Assembly (NCBI GenBank): GCA_963743185.1
Contig: CAVUOT010000006.1
Location: forward strand, 370,107-434,106
DNA: 64,000 bases
DNA from: an uncultured Chloroflexia bacterium
GTDB lineage: Bacteria; Chloroflexota; Dehalococcoidia; DSTF01; JACRBR01
Direction of reading: 5' to 3'
Position 1 is the first letter of the stretch, and each line of letters starts with the position of its first letter. Below the pieces are notes generated by a model. It worked only from the letters and a program-made list of their open reading frames with translations, did no database searches and was not told where the DNA came from. This document shows positions 1 to 11,957 of the stretch, in pieces. The position numbers were made by a program, and so were the translations under genes.

Positions 1-1314
1 TGGCGGGACGTCCATTTGCGCTGCCCGCCGGGCGGGTCGTCGGCGGGTCGTCGGCGATCAACACGGCCATCGCCATCCGCGGCGTGCCGGAGGACTACGA
101 CGAGTGGGCGTCGCTCGGGAACAGCGAGTGGTCGTGGGAGAAGGTGCTGCCGTACTTCCGCCGGCTGGAGAACGATCTCGACTTCGACGACGATTTCCAC
201 GGCCGCAACGGCCCGATCCCGATCCGCCGCTATCGCGAAGACGAGCTCGTGCCCGTGCAGGCGGCGTTCATGCGGACGATGCGCGAGCTTGGCTACCCGG
301 AAGCGAAAGACAACAACGATCCCGACTCGACCGGGCTGGCACCGCACCCGATGAACAAGCGCGGCCGCACGCGGATGAGCGTCGCCATCTGCTACGTCGA
401 GCCGGCACGGCACCGCCTCAACCTGACGATACGCGGCGACTGCTTCACGCGGCGCATCATCACGGACGGCACACGCGTCACGGGCGTCGAGGTGGAGACG
501 GGGAGGACGACGCAGATCGTCGAAGGCGAACGGGTGGTGCTGGCGGGCGGCGCGATCGGATCGCCGTGGCTGCTGCTGCGTTCCGGCATCGGCCCCGCCG
601 CACACCTGCGGTGAGTACGGGATCGACGTGGTGCGCGACCTGCCCGGCGTGGGCGGGTTCCTCGACGACCATCCGATGCTCGGCGCGGTCTTCGCGGCGA
701 AGCCGGGCATATTGAAGTTCGAAGACCCGCTCGTGCAGGTGACGTACCGCTACACATCCGGCATCGGCGGCGAACGTAACGACATGCAGCTCATGCCGGT
801 GTCGCAGATCCCGACGCGCGATGGCACGCTGGTGTTCTCGATCGGTTCCGTCATCGAGCGCCAGAAGTCGCCCGGCGGCCGGCTGTCGCTGACATCGGCC
901 GACCCGCACGTCCAGCCGCGCATCGAGCACCGCTTCTGCGAACACGAGGACGACATCCGGCGACTCGTGGACGGCGTGCGCATGGGTATCGAAGTCGGCT
1001 CGCACGCGGGATTCGCCCACATCGCGGATGGCGTGCGCGCGCCGTCGGCGGCGACGGTTGCCGACGACGAACAGCTCGCGTCGTGGTGCAAGCACGTCGC
1101 GTCGAGCGGCTTCCATCCCAGCTGTACGGCGAAGATGGCACCCGCGAACGACCCGATGGGCGTCGTCGATCAGCACCTTCACGTCCGCGGCTTCGACAAC
1201 CTTTTCGTCGCCGACGCGTCGGTGATGCCGAAGTGCCCGCGGGCGAACATCCACCTGACGTCGGTGATGATCGGCGAGCGCGTGGGGGAGTGGATCCGCG
1301 AAGGCGTGGTGTAG
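1..1314 (+). CDS. GMC oxidoreductase (choline dehydrogenase-like), 5'-truncated, 1-nt frameshift near 610
   Basis: Frame 3 gives GRVVGGSSAIN and GAIGSPWLLLRSGIG; the frame of the 628 ORF gives DLPGVG, HPSCTAKM and VADASVMP...NI. These are GMC signature motifs. Confidence 0.9.
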
Positions 1315-1357
1315 GGCCGCGACGTGCGCGGCCATCGCGCGGATGTCGGTGCGCGCT

Positions 1358-1762
1358 CTACCTCACGGTGAACTCGCGGATGATGAAGTTGTCTTCGTCG
1401 GCGGGCGTGAAGCATTCGAACTTATAGGCGCCGGGCGTGTCGACCGTGAACTCGTACGTGTAGTGCGACGCGACCGGCGTCGATTTCGGAGTGCCGCCCG
1501 GCAGCGCGGCGATCTTCTCGGCGCCGATCGGCTTTACGAGCTGCTTGCCCTGCCGGAGTTCGCAGGTGACGGCGACTTCGACGCCGTATCGCTGCGCGAT
1601 CGTCACGTTGCCGGTGAGCGTCGCGCCCGCGCGCATATCGCCCGACACCGTCGCCGACTTGAAGAACTCGTTGCCGGGCTCAGGGTCGCGGAAACGCACG
1701 CCGCAGCCCGCGAGCAGGGCGCACGACAACACCAGCAACAGGAGGAAGGGGGGAGTTCTCAC
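1358..1762 (-). CDS. Small lipoprotein, unknown function
   Basis: Hydrophobic signal with lipobox LAGC; beta-rich mature part. Confidence 0.7.
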   Translation of the reverse strand: MRTPPFLLLLVLSCALLAGCGVRFRDPEPGNEFFKSATVSGDMRAGATLTGNVTIAQRYGVEVAVTCELRQGKQLVKPIGAEKIAALPGGTPKSTPVASHYTYEFTVDTPGAYKFECFTPADEDNFIIREFTVR

Positions 1763-1841
1763 GCGACTCCATGCTATGCGGCGCGCGAATCGCGGACAAG
1801 TCCACGTGCCAGCGGCGCGGACCGCCGACTAGAATCAGCGC

Positions 1842-2960
1842 ATGCACGTGAACGCACTCCACCCGTGGGACCTGAGTCCGCGCGAGGCGGTGTCGCTTCA
1901 GCGCGAGCTTGCGGCGCGCATCGTTCGGGCGGGCGACGTGAGCGAACGCGCCGTGCGATTCATCGCCGGCTCCGACGTGGCGTTCGACAAGCCGTCGCGG
2001 CGCGCCGTCGGCGCGATCGTGGTGCTGGCGTGGCCGTCGCTCGAGGCGGTCGAGCGAGTGACCGTCGAAGAGCCCGTGAGGTTCCCGTACGTGCCGGGGC
2101 TGTTGTCGTTTCGCGAGACGCCGGTGTTGATCCCGGCGTTCCAGCGGCTGCGCCACACGCCGGACCTGCTGATGGTCGACGGCCACGGCTACGCACACCC
2201 GCGACGCTTTGGCTTCGCCTGCCACCTGGGGCTGCTGCTCGACGTGCCGACGATCGGCGTCGCGAAGTCGCGGCTCATCGGGGAAGCGGGCATGCTGGCC
2301 GGCCCGCGTGGATCGCGCGCCGACATCGTCGACGCGGGCGAGGTCGTGGGGTCGTTGCTGCGGACGCGTGCGGGCGTGCGGCCGATCTACGTGTCGGTCG
2401 GGCACCGCATCAGCCTCGCGTCGGCCGAACGCTGGGCACTGGCCTGCGCGACCAAGTATCGCGTGCCCGAGCCGACGCGCCTCGCCGACCACCTCGCGGG
2501 CGAAGCGAAGCGCCGGATGCTCTCTGGCACGATCGAGATCGTGATCGAGCAACGTGCGGGGGAGCCCGGCCGCTGGGAATGGGTCGTCGCCGACCGCGAA
2601 GTCGTCTTCCGCCACGGCGACACTCCGCCGATGCCCGCGCATTACGGTTGCTCGACGACGATCGTGAACCCGGCCGACAACGAACTCCTCGACGTCATGC
2701 TCATCGCCGCCCAGCCACCGCCCGCGCGCGGCCAGCACATGCAGGCCCGCGTGATCGACGTCCTCGAGCGGACCGACGGCGACCACAAACTCCTCGCCGT
2801 CCCAGTCGACACGCCGCTCCCGCTCGACGCGACGCAGCTCGAGGCCGAGCGCGAGCGTATCTGGCGCTGGTGCATCGACATCGGCAAGCCGGTCACGCGC
2901 TGGGCCGGCGAAGACGCCGCGCTCACGCTGATCCAGGGCTGCTCGGAGAATGGCGCATGA
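1842..2960 (+). CDS. nfi: Endonuclease V with C-terminal family I inorganic-pyrophosphatase-like domain
   Basis: [37 protein letters not shown] and PEPTRLAD are EndoV motifs. The C-terminal ~145 aa has IVIE, PAHYG, DNELLD and DGDHKLLAV. Confidence 0.9.
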   Translation: MHVNALHPWDLSPREAVSLQRELAARIVRAGDVSERAVRFIAGSDVAFDKPSRRAVGAIVVLAWPSLEAVERVTVEEPVRFPYVPGLLSFRETPVLIPAFQRLRHTPDLLMVDGHGYAHPRRFGFACHLGLLLDVPTIGVAKSRLIGEAGMLAGPRGSRADIVDAGEVVGSLLRTRAGVRPIYVSVGHRISLASAERWALACATKYRVPEPTRLADHLAGEAKRRMLSGTIEIVIEQRAGEPGRWEWVVADREVVFRHGDTPPMPAHYGCSTTIVNPADNELLDVMLIAAQPPPARGQHMQARVIDVLERTDGDHKLLAVPVDTPLPLDATQLEAERERIWRWCIDIGKPVTRWAGEDAALTLIQGCSENGA

Positions 2961-3722
2961 CCGCGGACGATCGACGATCGCGTGCGCTCGCGGAACTGCA
3001 GCCGTACATCGAGCGTGCCCGCGGCTTCTCGGGCTGGACGTTCGGCGACGTCCGCGTTCGGCACCTCGGTGCGCCGATGCCGTGGGACTATGAGGCGCTG
3101 GCGCGAGACCGCGCCGCTCGGGCGCGCTCCGTGCTCGATCTCGGCACCGGCGGAGGCGAAGTGCTGTCGCGGATCATCGCCGGGAGCGACGCGCGCGTGG
3201 TCGCGACGGAGGAGTGGCACGTCAACGCGCCCGTGGCGGCGGCGCGGCTCGGGCCACTCGGCGCGCGCGTCGTCCGCGCCGACAGCTTGCGGCTGCCGTT
3301 CGTCGCGTCGAGCTTCGATCTCGTTCTCGACCGGCACGAAGCGCTCGAACCAGCTGAGGTCGCGCGCGTGCTGGTGTCGCGGCGGCACGGTGATCACGCA
3401 GCAGTGCGGCCCGGACGACTGGCCGGAACTCGGCCGCTTTCTGCCGAAGACCGTGTTCCCCGATCACTTCAACGGCTATCGACAGGGCTTTGCCGCCGCC
3501 GGCCTGACGGTCGAAGATGCGCGCTGGCACGAGGAGCGCGTCGCTTTCGAGACGCTCGGCGATCTCGTCTACATGCTCCTCGTTGCGCCCTGGTTCGTCG
3601 AGGATTTCGATCCTAGGCGCGACATCGATGCGCTGCTCGCGCTGGCGGATGCGCTCGGTACCGACGACGGGATCGTGGTGACAGAGAGTCGGTACTTGAT
3701 CGTGGCGTCGAAGCCGGAGTAG
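2957..3722 (+). CDS. Class I SAM-dependent methyltransferase, frameshift near 3380
   Basis: ATG overlaps the nfi stop (ATGA). Motifs [10 protein letters not shown] and LPF..SFDLV; continues as GGTVITQQ in the 2982..3722 frame. Confidence 0.85.
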
Positions 3723-3759
3723 TTGCTGCCCGTTCATCGATGCGGGAAGGTCGTCGCGC

Positions 3760-4353
3760 TCAGACCCGCAGCTTCCGCCAGACCGCCGCCACCCGTTGAA
3801 CCGCTGTGAAGTGCGACAGCACCGCGAGCACCCAGAGCGCCCACAACACCACGCCGTGTCCGATCAGCAGCGCGCCTCCGAGGAGGATTACGCGCTCCGC
3901 GCGGGTGAACAGCCCCTCGCGCAACGTCAGTCCTTCGCCTTCGGCGCGCGCGCGCACGTAGCTCACCATGATCGAGCCGACGATCGCCGCGTAGCACAGC
4001 ACGATCTCCTGCGTGTGACCGCCGACCTGCGTGTAGTGGAACAGCACGCCGCCCAGCACGGCCGCCTCGGAGATGCGGTCGAGCACCGAGTCGAACACGG
4101 CGCCAAACTTTGTCACCGTGCCCGTCTTGCGCGCCAGCGCCCCGTCCAGCAGGTCCAGCGCGCTGAAGACCAGCATCAGCGCGCCTGCCCACACGTAGTG
4201 GCCGCCAGCCGCCAGCGCCCCGGCGGCGACGTTGCCGGCGAACCCGAAGGCCGAGATCATGTTCGGCGTGACGCCGATCTTCGCGAGCGGCGAGACGATC
4301 GGATCCGTGATCCGCGTCGAGATCTTGTGCGGCACAATCGTGAACGAAGGCAA
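3760..4353 (-). CDS. CDP-alcohol phosphatidyltransferase (PgsA/PIP-synthase-like)
   Basis: DLLDGALAR...G..FDSVLDR signature and TPNMIS; TTG start at 4353 preceded by GGAG. Confidence 0.92.
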   Translation of the reverse strand: MPSFTIVPHKISTRITDPIVSPLAKIGVTPNMISAFGFAGNVAAGALAAGGHYVWAGALMLVFSALDLLDGALARKTGTVTKFGAVFDSVLDRISEAAVLGGVLFHYTQVGGHTQEIVLCYAAIVGSIMVSYVRARAEGEGLTLREGLFTRAERVILLGGALLIGHGVVLWALWVLAVLSHFTAVQRVAAVWRKLRV

Positions 4354-4449
4354 GAGAACTCCAATCGTCGCTGGTGGCGAACAGCCGCCAGTCACGAGCA
4401 ACCATACCGCGCCCCTTGCATGGGGCGACACCCCGCGTTAGGCTCGCCT

Positions 4450-5638
4450 ATGGCCGTCACCATCCTCTACAACGACACCGATGCCATCATCGACGACGCC
4501 GTTTCGGACGGCGCGGACCTCTGGCTGCACCTCGACGATCTGACGCGCGCGTCGGGCTGGCAGCTCAAGCCCGAAGGCGCCTGCCTCGGCGACGTCTGCG
4601 TGCCGCTGCCGGCGGCGCGACGCGATCGCTTCGTACGCAGCGAAGACACCGCCGAAGCGCGCTTCAACCTGGCCGAGCTGGCCCGCCTCCTCGATATGCC
4701 GTCGCTCCACGATCGAGCGCACGGAGACGTGGTGCTTCGTCGATAACGCGAGCACGCGCTCGCAGCGCATGGCGTCTCTCAACGCGCCCGATTTCACGCT
4801 GCCCGACCTCGGCGGCAAGATGCATTCGCTCACCGAGTATCGAGGGCAGAAGATCATCATGGTCGCCTGGGCTTCGTGGTGAGGCTGCCGTTTTGAGCTG
4901 CCCGTGTGGCAGTCGCTGTACGAAGAACTGACGGACCGTGGCCTGACCGTCATCACGGTCGCGCTCGACAGCGGCGGCAGCGAGGCCGCGCGCCCCTTCA
5001 TCGAGCGCGCCAAGCCGACACACCCGTCGCTTATCGATCGCCGCCATGCCGTCGCCGATCTCTACCAGTTCGTCAACGTCCCGAGCGCGGTCTGGATCGA
5101 CGAGCGCGGTGTGATCGTCCGGCCGACGCACACGCCCGCCGCCAATGCGGCGATGGCCGGCATCATCGGCATTGGCCCGGAGGAGTACCTGGACGCCGTG
5201 CGTGACTGGGCGGCGAACGGTGACCGCAGCCGCTTCGTTCCGCCGGTCGAGACGCGCCGTGGCTGGCAGCACGAGCCCGACGACGCCGACGTGATCGCGG
5301 CGCTGAACTTCCGCCTCGGCGAGTACCTTATCGAGCACGGCGGGGCGGATGCCGCGCGTCCGTACCTCGAGGAAGCCGTCCGGCTCCGCCCGGAGAGCTG
5401 GGCGTATCGCCGACAGGCGTGGGCACTCTACGAGCCGCCCGAGAAGAACGGCACGCTCTGGTATGAAGCCGCCGTTGCGCACCCGCGCGTCGCGGACGAG
5501 CCCTACTACGCGCCGGTCCAACTCACGGACACGCCGGCGCGCGGAGCCGCCGAGATCGCCCGCAAGCAACGCGAGATCTTCGAGGCGACGTTCGGCAAGG
5601 CGTTCGCGAAGCAGAAGGACGCGTCGCCGGAGGCGTAG
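4450..5638 (+). CDS. TlpA/peroxiredoxin-like thiol oxidoreductase, probable selenoprotein (Sec at TGA 4880-4882), frameshift near 4723
   Basis: APDFTLPD...SL.EYRGQKIIMVAWASW-TGA-GCRFELPVWQ runs in one frame; hairpin after the UGA; TPR-like C-terminus. Confidence 0.85.
4883..4914 (+). promoter_or_regulatory. Candidate bacterial SECIS hairpin
   Basis: CTGCC-cgtgt-GGCAG stem-loop at 4898-4912, 15 nt after the UGA, with G residues in the loop. Confidence 0.55.
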
Positions 5639-5708
5639 GGCGAGCGGCGCGTCAGTTGCACGTGGCTCTCGCCAACGTGGTTGTCATCGATCACCGAGCG
5701 CGTGGCGA

Positions 5709-6314
5709 CTACGAGTAGCGTTCCTCGGTCCACGGATCGCCGTGGATGTGGTAGCCGTACATCTCCCAGAAGCCCGGCTTCTCGTCCGCCATGAACACCA
5801 TGCCGCGCACCCACTTCGCGCTCTTCCAGAAGTACAGCTTCGGCACGACCAGGCGCAGCGGTCCGCCGTGCTCCCTGGTGAGCGGCTCGCCGTTGTGCTG
5901 GTGCGCGAACAGCACATCGTCGTCCATCAGCTCGGCAAGCGAGACGTTCGTCGTGTAGCCGCCGTAGCTGTGCAGCATCACGTGCCGTGCTTCGGGCTTC
6001 ACGTTCAGCCGCGCCATCACGTCCGTGAACTTCACGCCCGTCCAGTCGTTATCGAACTTGCTCCAGTGCGTCACGCAGTGGATGTCCGACCGCAACGTCG
6101 TCTGCGGCAGCGCCATGAACTCGTCCCAGGAGAAGTGCACCTCCTGTTCGACCAGCCCCACGATCGAGAACTTCCAGGTCGCGAGGTCGACGGCGGGCGT
6201 GCCGCCGTACTGCAGCACGGGCCAGCCGTCGGTCAGCTTCTGTCCGGGCGGCAGCCGCGTGCCGAACCGCTCCCGGTCTTCTTTGCCGCGCTTGTTGAAC
6301 AGGTCGAGTGCCAA
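5709..6314 (-). CDS. Sulfite oxidase-like molybdopterin-dependent oxidoreductase
   Basis: RLPPGQ, DIHCVTHWS (Mo-ligand Cys), EHGGPLRLVVP.LYFWKSAKW and GFWE..GYH..GDPW. Confidence 0.92.
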   Translation of the reverse strand: MALDLFNKRGKEDRERFGTRLPPGQKLTDGWPVLQYGGTPAVDLATWKFSIVGLVEQEVHFSWDEFMALPQTTLRSDIHCVTHWSKFDNDWTGVKFTDVMARLNVKPEARHVMLHSYGGYTTNVSLAELMDDDVLFAHQHNGEPLTREHGGPLRLVVPKLYFWKSAKWVRGMVFMADEKPGFWEMYGYHIHGDPWTEERYS

Positions 6315-6410
6315 TCCCAGCTCCGTTTCGCTCAGCCCGGCGGCGCGCGCGTGCGAGCGCGCCGCGCTATTCGGTTGTGATACGCAGCGCCGGCAGGCGG
6401 CGGATTGCCA

Positions 6411-6992
6411 TCACGGCGTCTTGACGCAGATGACGTTGTCGTGCTTCTTCAGCTCGGCGTCGTTCGTCTGGCACTGCTGATCCTTCGGTACGTCGCCTTC
6501 GAGCGAGGCGTAGAACTTCGCCGACTGCCCGTCCGAGGAGTACCAGTAGCCGATCTTCTGCGGGTCAGCGACAGCGTCGCCGCCGGGGGCCAGCGCCTGG
6601 ATCTTGCAGCCCAGGTCGATGTCCTTGTACGTGCACAATGACTGTACGTTCCCGTTCGTCGACGGGTAAGAACCGTCGCGCTGCTTGATGCGGTTCGCCG
6701 CATCGATCAGCAGCAGCAAGTCCATGCGCCGCTTGAAGTCCCGGTCGGACGGGCTGCCGGTGACGGCGCCGGCGATCGTCGGCCGCGGCTGCGGCGTCGG
6801 TGCGAACCCGATCGGCGTGGCCGTCGGCGCGACGTAGGCCCCGCGGACCGGCGTGCCGATCTCGCCCAGCGGTGTCGCCGGGGTGGCTTCGCCGCCCTTG
6901 GTCACGTCCAGCCAGAGGACAGTGAGGAGTGCGAGCACGATCAGCCCCACGGGCGCGATGATGTCCCATCGCAGCAGCCTCGCGCGTTTCAA
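6411..6992 (-). CDS. Membrane-anchored protein with pilin/GspG-like C-terminal domain
   Basis: N-terminal TM helix, Pro/Thr linker, RDFKRRMDL...DGSYP motif, four Cys. Confidence 0.55.
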   Translation of the reverse strand: MKRARLLRWDIIAPVGLIVLALLTVLWLDVTKGGEATPATPLGEIGTPVRGAYVAPTATPIGFAPTPQPRPTIAGAVTGSPSDRDFKRRMDLLLLIDAANRIKQRDGSYPSTNGNVQSLCTYKDIDLGCKIQALAPGGDAVADPQKIGYWYSSDGQSAKFYASLEGDVPKDQQCQTNDAELKKHDNVICVKTP

Positions 6993-7103
6993 TCGTCCCT
7001 CCGTTCTCGGGCGCTCGGACCGCGATCATCATAACAGCCGCATGCGAATGGCGGCTGCGCCGCGCGACGGCGGCGTGGAAACAGCGGGGCGAGAGTCGGG
7101 TGC

Positions 7104-9239
7104 CTATGCCGCTCCCCGGTCGACGGGCGGTTCGACACCATCTCCGGCGAGTTGGTATGGGACTTCGGCGATGACCGTGTTCGGCCGGTCCAGCAACGCG
7201 GTGCGCAGCCGCCGCGCCGACTGGTTGTGCAGGAAGCGCTGCCATGGCCACGCGGTGCGGAACTCCGGCAGCACCACCGTCACGTACTGCCCCGGGTCCC
7301 TCTTGTCCAGCGCTTCGATGTACGAAATAAGCGGAGCAACCAACGAACGGTACTCGGAGGTGATGATGACGATCGGCACGTCAAGCACAGTGGCTTCCCA
7401 TCGGTCGCGTAGCGCGTGGCCTTGCTCGAGGTCGTCCGTCACGTGCAATGCTGTTACGTTCGGCGAGATCGCGCGCGCGTAGTCGACGGTCCGCAGAACG
7501 GCGCGGTTCAGTTCGTCGATCGGCACCAGCACCGTGTGTTTGCGTCGTGTGGCAGCCTCGATGATCTCACGTTTCGGGACTTTGAGCCTGAGCTCCACGC
7601 CCGTGTAGTGCCTGTAGATAGAGAGGAACGTGAACGCCAGGATGAGCATCGCGACCATGCTGATCCACGCGCCCTCGTTGAACTTGGTGCCGCCGATGAT
7701 GACCGCCACGACCGCCGTGGCCGCCGCGCCGACACCGTTGATGATCAGGCTCTGCTGCCACCCGCGTTCTTTCAGGCGCAGCCAGTGCACGACCATCCCG
7801 CTCTGTGACAGCGTGAACGACACAAAGACGCCAAAGGCATACAGCGGGATGAGCCGGTCCACGTCCGCATCGAAGATGACTAGCAGCATCGCAGCCGCGG
7901 CGCCGAGGACGAGGATGCCGTTCGAAAACGCCAACCGGTCGCCGCGGAAGGTGAACTGATGCGGCAGGAAGCGATCTTTCGCCAGGATCGATCCGAGCCG
8001 CGGAAAGTCGGCGTAGCTCGTGTTCGCCGCCAGGATGAGGATCAACGCCGTCGCTATCTGAATCGCGTAGAACACGGGCCGGAGGTAGCCCGAGAACACC
8101 ACGCTCGCCACTTGCGCCGGCACAGAGACCTTGTCCGCGTGCTGTACGCCCAGCTGGTGCGCCAGGATCGTCAGGCCGATAAAGAAGGTCCCCAGGATCA
8201 CGGCCATCCACATGAGGGTTGTCGACGCGTTCCTGGATTCCGGCTTCTTGAACGCCGGGATGCCATTCGAGATCGCCTCGACGCCGGTGAGGGCAGCGCA
8301 TCCTGCGGCGAACGCGCGCAGCACGAGGAACAGCGTCAGGGTCTTCGGGATCTCCGGCGCGTGCACGACCGACGCGGGGATTGGCGCCGTCAGGCCCGGG
8401 TCGATCGCCAGCCGGGCGAAGCCGCCGATGATCAGCACCAAGAACGCCACGATGAACATGTAGGTCGGCACGGCAAAGATCGTGCCCGACTCGCGGATGC
8501 CACGCAGGTTGAGCAGCGTGATCGCCGCAACCATCGCCACCGAGAGCTCCACGCTCGCCGGATGCAGGCTCGGCACCGCCGACGTGATCGCGAAGACGCC
8601 GGCCGCGATCGACACCGAGACGGTCAGGATGTAGTCGACCGAGAGCGCCGCCGCCGCCGTCAAGCCGGCGACGTCACCGAGATTCTCGCGCGCGACGATG
8701 TACGCGCCACCGCCGCTCGGGTACGCCTTGATCGTCTGGCGGTACGAGAACGCTACGATCGCCAGCAGTAAGCCGATCGCGAGTGCGATCTCGATCGAGT
8801 GTGTGAGCGCGCCGGTGCCGGCCGCCACCAGCACGAGCAGGATTTCGTCGGTCGCGTACGCCGAGGACGAGAGCGCGTCCGATGAGAAGACCGCCAGCGC
8901 CTTCGTCTTCGGCAGCCGTTGCTCCTCGGCATCCTCCGACGAGATCGGCGAGCCGATCGCGACTTTGCGTACGCGCGTCCAGAACCGCTGCGCACCGGTG
9001 CGCGGCGCCGTTGCACGATGCGTCGCGCGGAAGGTGCCCTCGTCCTCGCCGCGCGCGAATCGCCGCTCGCCTTCGCGCACGCGTCTGGCGAAGCGTGAGC
9101 CGGGCTTCGTGCCCTTGACGATCTCCGTCGCTTCTACATCGGGCAGCGGCTGCCGGCGAGGGACGCGCACGCGCTCGTGGATGTCGGCGCCGTTGCTTCC
9201 GCCGGGCTCGGTACTTTCGCCGCCGGGGTGCTCAGCCAC
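7104..9239 (-). CDS. APC-superfamily transporter, KimA/YdaO-like
   Basis: LAVFSSDALSSSAYA, YPSGGGAY, ALTGVEAISNG, LIPLYAFGVF and a C-terminal cytoplasmic domain with LHNQ. Confidence 0.92.
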   Translation of the reverse strand: MAEHPGGESTEPGGSNGADIHERVRVPRRQPLPDVEATEIVKGTKPGSRFARRVREGERRFARGEDEGTFRATHRATAPRTGAQRFWTRVRKVAIGSPISSEDAEEQRLPKTKALAVFSSDALSSSAYATDEILLVLVAAGTGALTHSIEIALAIGLLLAIVAFSYRQTIKAYPSGGGAYIVARENLGDVAGLTAAAALSVDYILTVSVSIAAGVFAITSAVPSLHPASVELSVAMVAAITLLNLRGIRESGTIFAVPTYMFIVAFLVLIIGGFARLAIDPGLTAPIPASVVHAPEIPKTLTLFLVLRAFAAGCAALTGVEAISNGIPAFKKPESRNASTTLMWMAVILGTFFIGLTILAHQLGVQHADKVSVPAQVASVVFSGYLRPVFYAIQIATALILILAANTSYADFPRLGSILAKDRFLPHQFTFRGDRLAFSNGILVLGAAAAMLLVIFDADVDRLIPLYAFGVFVSFTLSQSGMVVHWLRLKERGWQQSLIINGVGAAATAVVAVIIGGTKFNEGAWISMVAMLILAFTFLSIYRHYTGVELRLKVPKREIIEAATRRKHTVLVPIDELNRAVLRTVDYARAISPNVTALHVTDDLEQGHALRDRWEATVLDVPIVIITSEYRSLVAPLISYIEALDKRDPGQYVTVVLPEFRTAWPWQRFLHNQSARRLRTALLDRPNTVIAEVPYQLAGDGVEPPVDRGAA

Positions 9240-9592
9240 GCTCCCGTCCTTTCAGAGAGGAGGTCGTATGCCGCAAGTGGCTGCGCCGGAGACAAGGGGG
9301 ATGGGCGCGCGGCCCGGTCGCAATAGGCGGCGTGGCACGCCGCAGTCGTAATAGCACTTCCCGATCGTATCGCCGCGCCCACTGCAGGTAAAGGCACGCC
9401 GCGTGGATTGGAGAACGCCAGCCTCACGCACCTGTGCTACCATGCGCTCACATGAACTCGATCCGAACTCCTGAGGTGCGCACATCCCGCGGTTCATCGC
9501 CGCGGGGCGCCATCGGCCGCCTTCCGCTTCCCCGATAGGCAGGCCGATCCGCCGGTGACTATACTGGCGCGACATTCAGGAGAATTGCTTCC

Positions 9593-11186
<1,594 letters not shown>

Positions 11187-11274
11187 CCGGCTCGGTACGG
11201 CAGGTGCGGTACGTTCGGCACTGGTGTAGCAAGGCGACACGCGTGACACTGCCTGAAGGAGTCAGCGTGGATCC

Positions 11275-11730
11275 ATGCAGTATATGATCGAACTGGAGCA
11301 CGAGGCGGATATCGCCGGCATCGACGAACATGCGCTCGAGCGGCTGGCCGCGCACGCGCTGAACGTTGAAGGCGTCGCGAAGCCGTCCGAGCTGAGCGTG
11401 CTGCTAGCGGACGATCCGATGGTACACGAGCTGAACCGCGCGTATCGCGCGATGGACGAACCGACGGATGTGCTGTCGTTCTCGCAGACCGAAGGCGAGC
11501 CGTTCGCGCAGCCGGAGGGTGCGGTGCCTCACCTTGGTGACGTCATCATCTCGATCGACACAGCGCGCAGACAAGCGGTCGAGTACGCCGTGCCGCTGCA
11601 CGATGAGGTGGCGCATCTGCTGGTACACGGTGTGCTGCACCTGCTCGGATATGACCACGAGGATGCGTCGGAGGCCGAGGTGATGCGGCGCCACGAGGAC
11701 GCAATCCTGGGTGGATCGTCGCACCACTAG
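11275..11730 (+). CDS. ybeY: rRNA maturation endoribonuclease YbeY
   Basis: PTDVLSF, LGDVIIS and HGVLHLLGYDH. Confidence 0.95.
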   Translation: MQYMIELEHEADIAGIDEHALERLAAHALNVEGVAKPSELSVLLADDPMVHELNRAYRAMDEPTDVLSFSQTEGEPFAQPEGAVPHLGDVIISIDTARRQAVEYAVPLHDEVAHLLVHGVLHLLGYDHEDASEAEVMRRHEDAILGGSSHH

Positions 11731-11957
11731 CGTGCATTATTATTCTGCAATGTGAGCCTTTGGATGCGAGACGCGAGCGGTGTCGCTCGCGTGGAGCGTC
11801 GAATGCCCGCCCGCCTTCGCCGGCCTGCGGCGGCGGGCTTGCAGCGGTTTAGTAGCTTTGGACCGCGGAAAGCGGCCAATCGGCCCGTCCGCGCCGGTCC
11901 GACGAGCGTGAACATCATCGCGAGCCGTCGTGTAGCGCAGTTGGAGGAGGATTCCGG

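Noticed and set aside
612-614. TGA in the GMC gene as selenocysteine
   Set aside because: Coding resumes in a different frame and the position is not a Cys site; it is a 1-nt insertion.
9240-9590. c-di-AMP (ydaO) riboswitch upstream of the KimA-like transporter
   Set aside because: Conserved motifs such as GAAUC and CCGUCAGCUAAC are not present on the minus strand.
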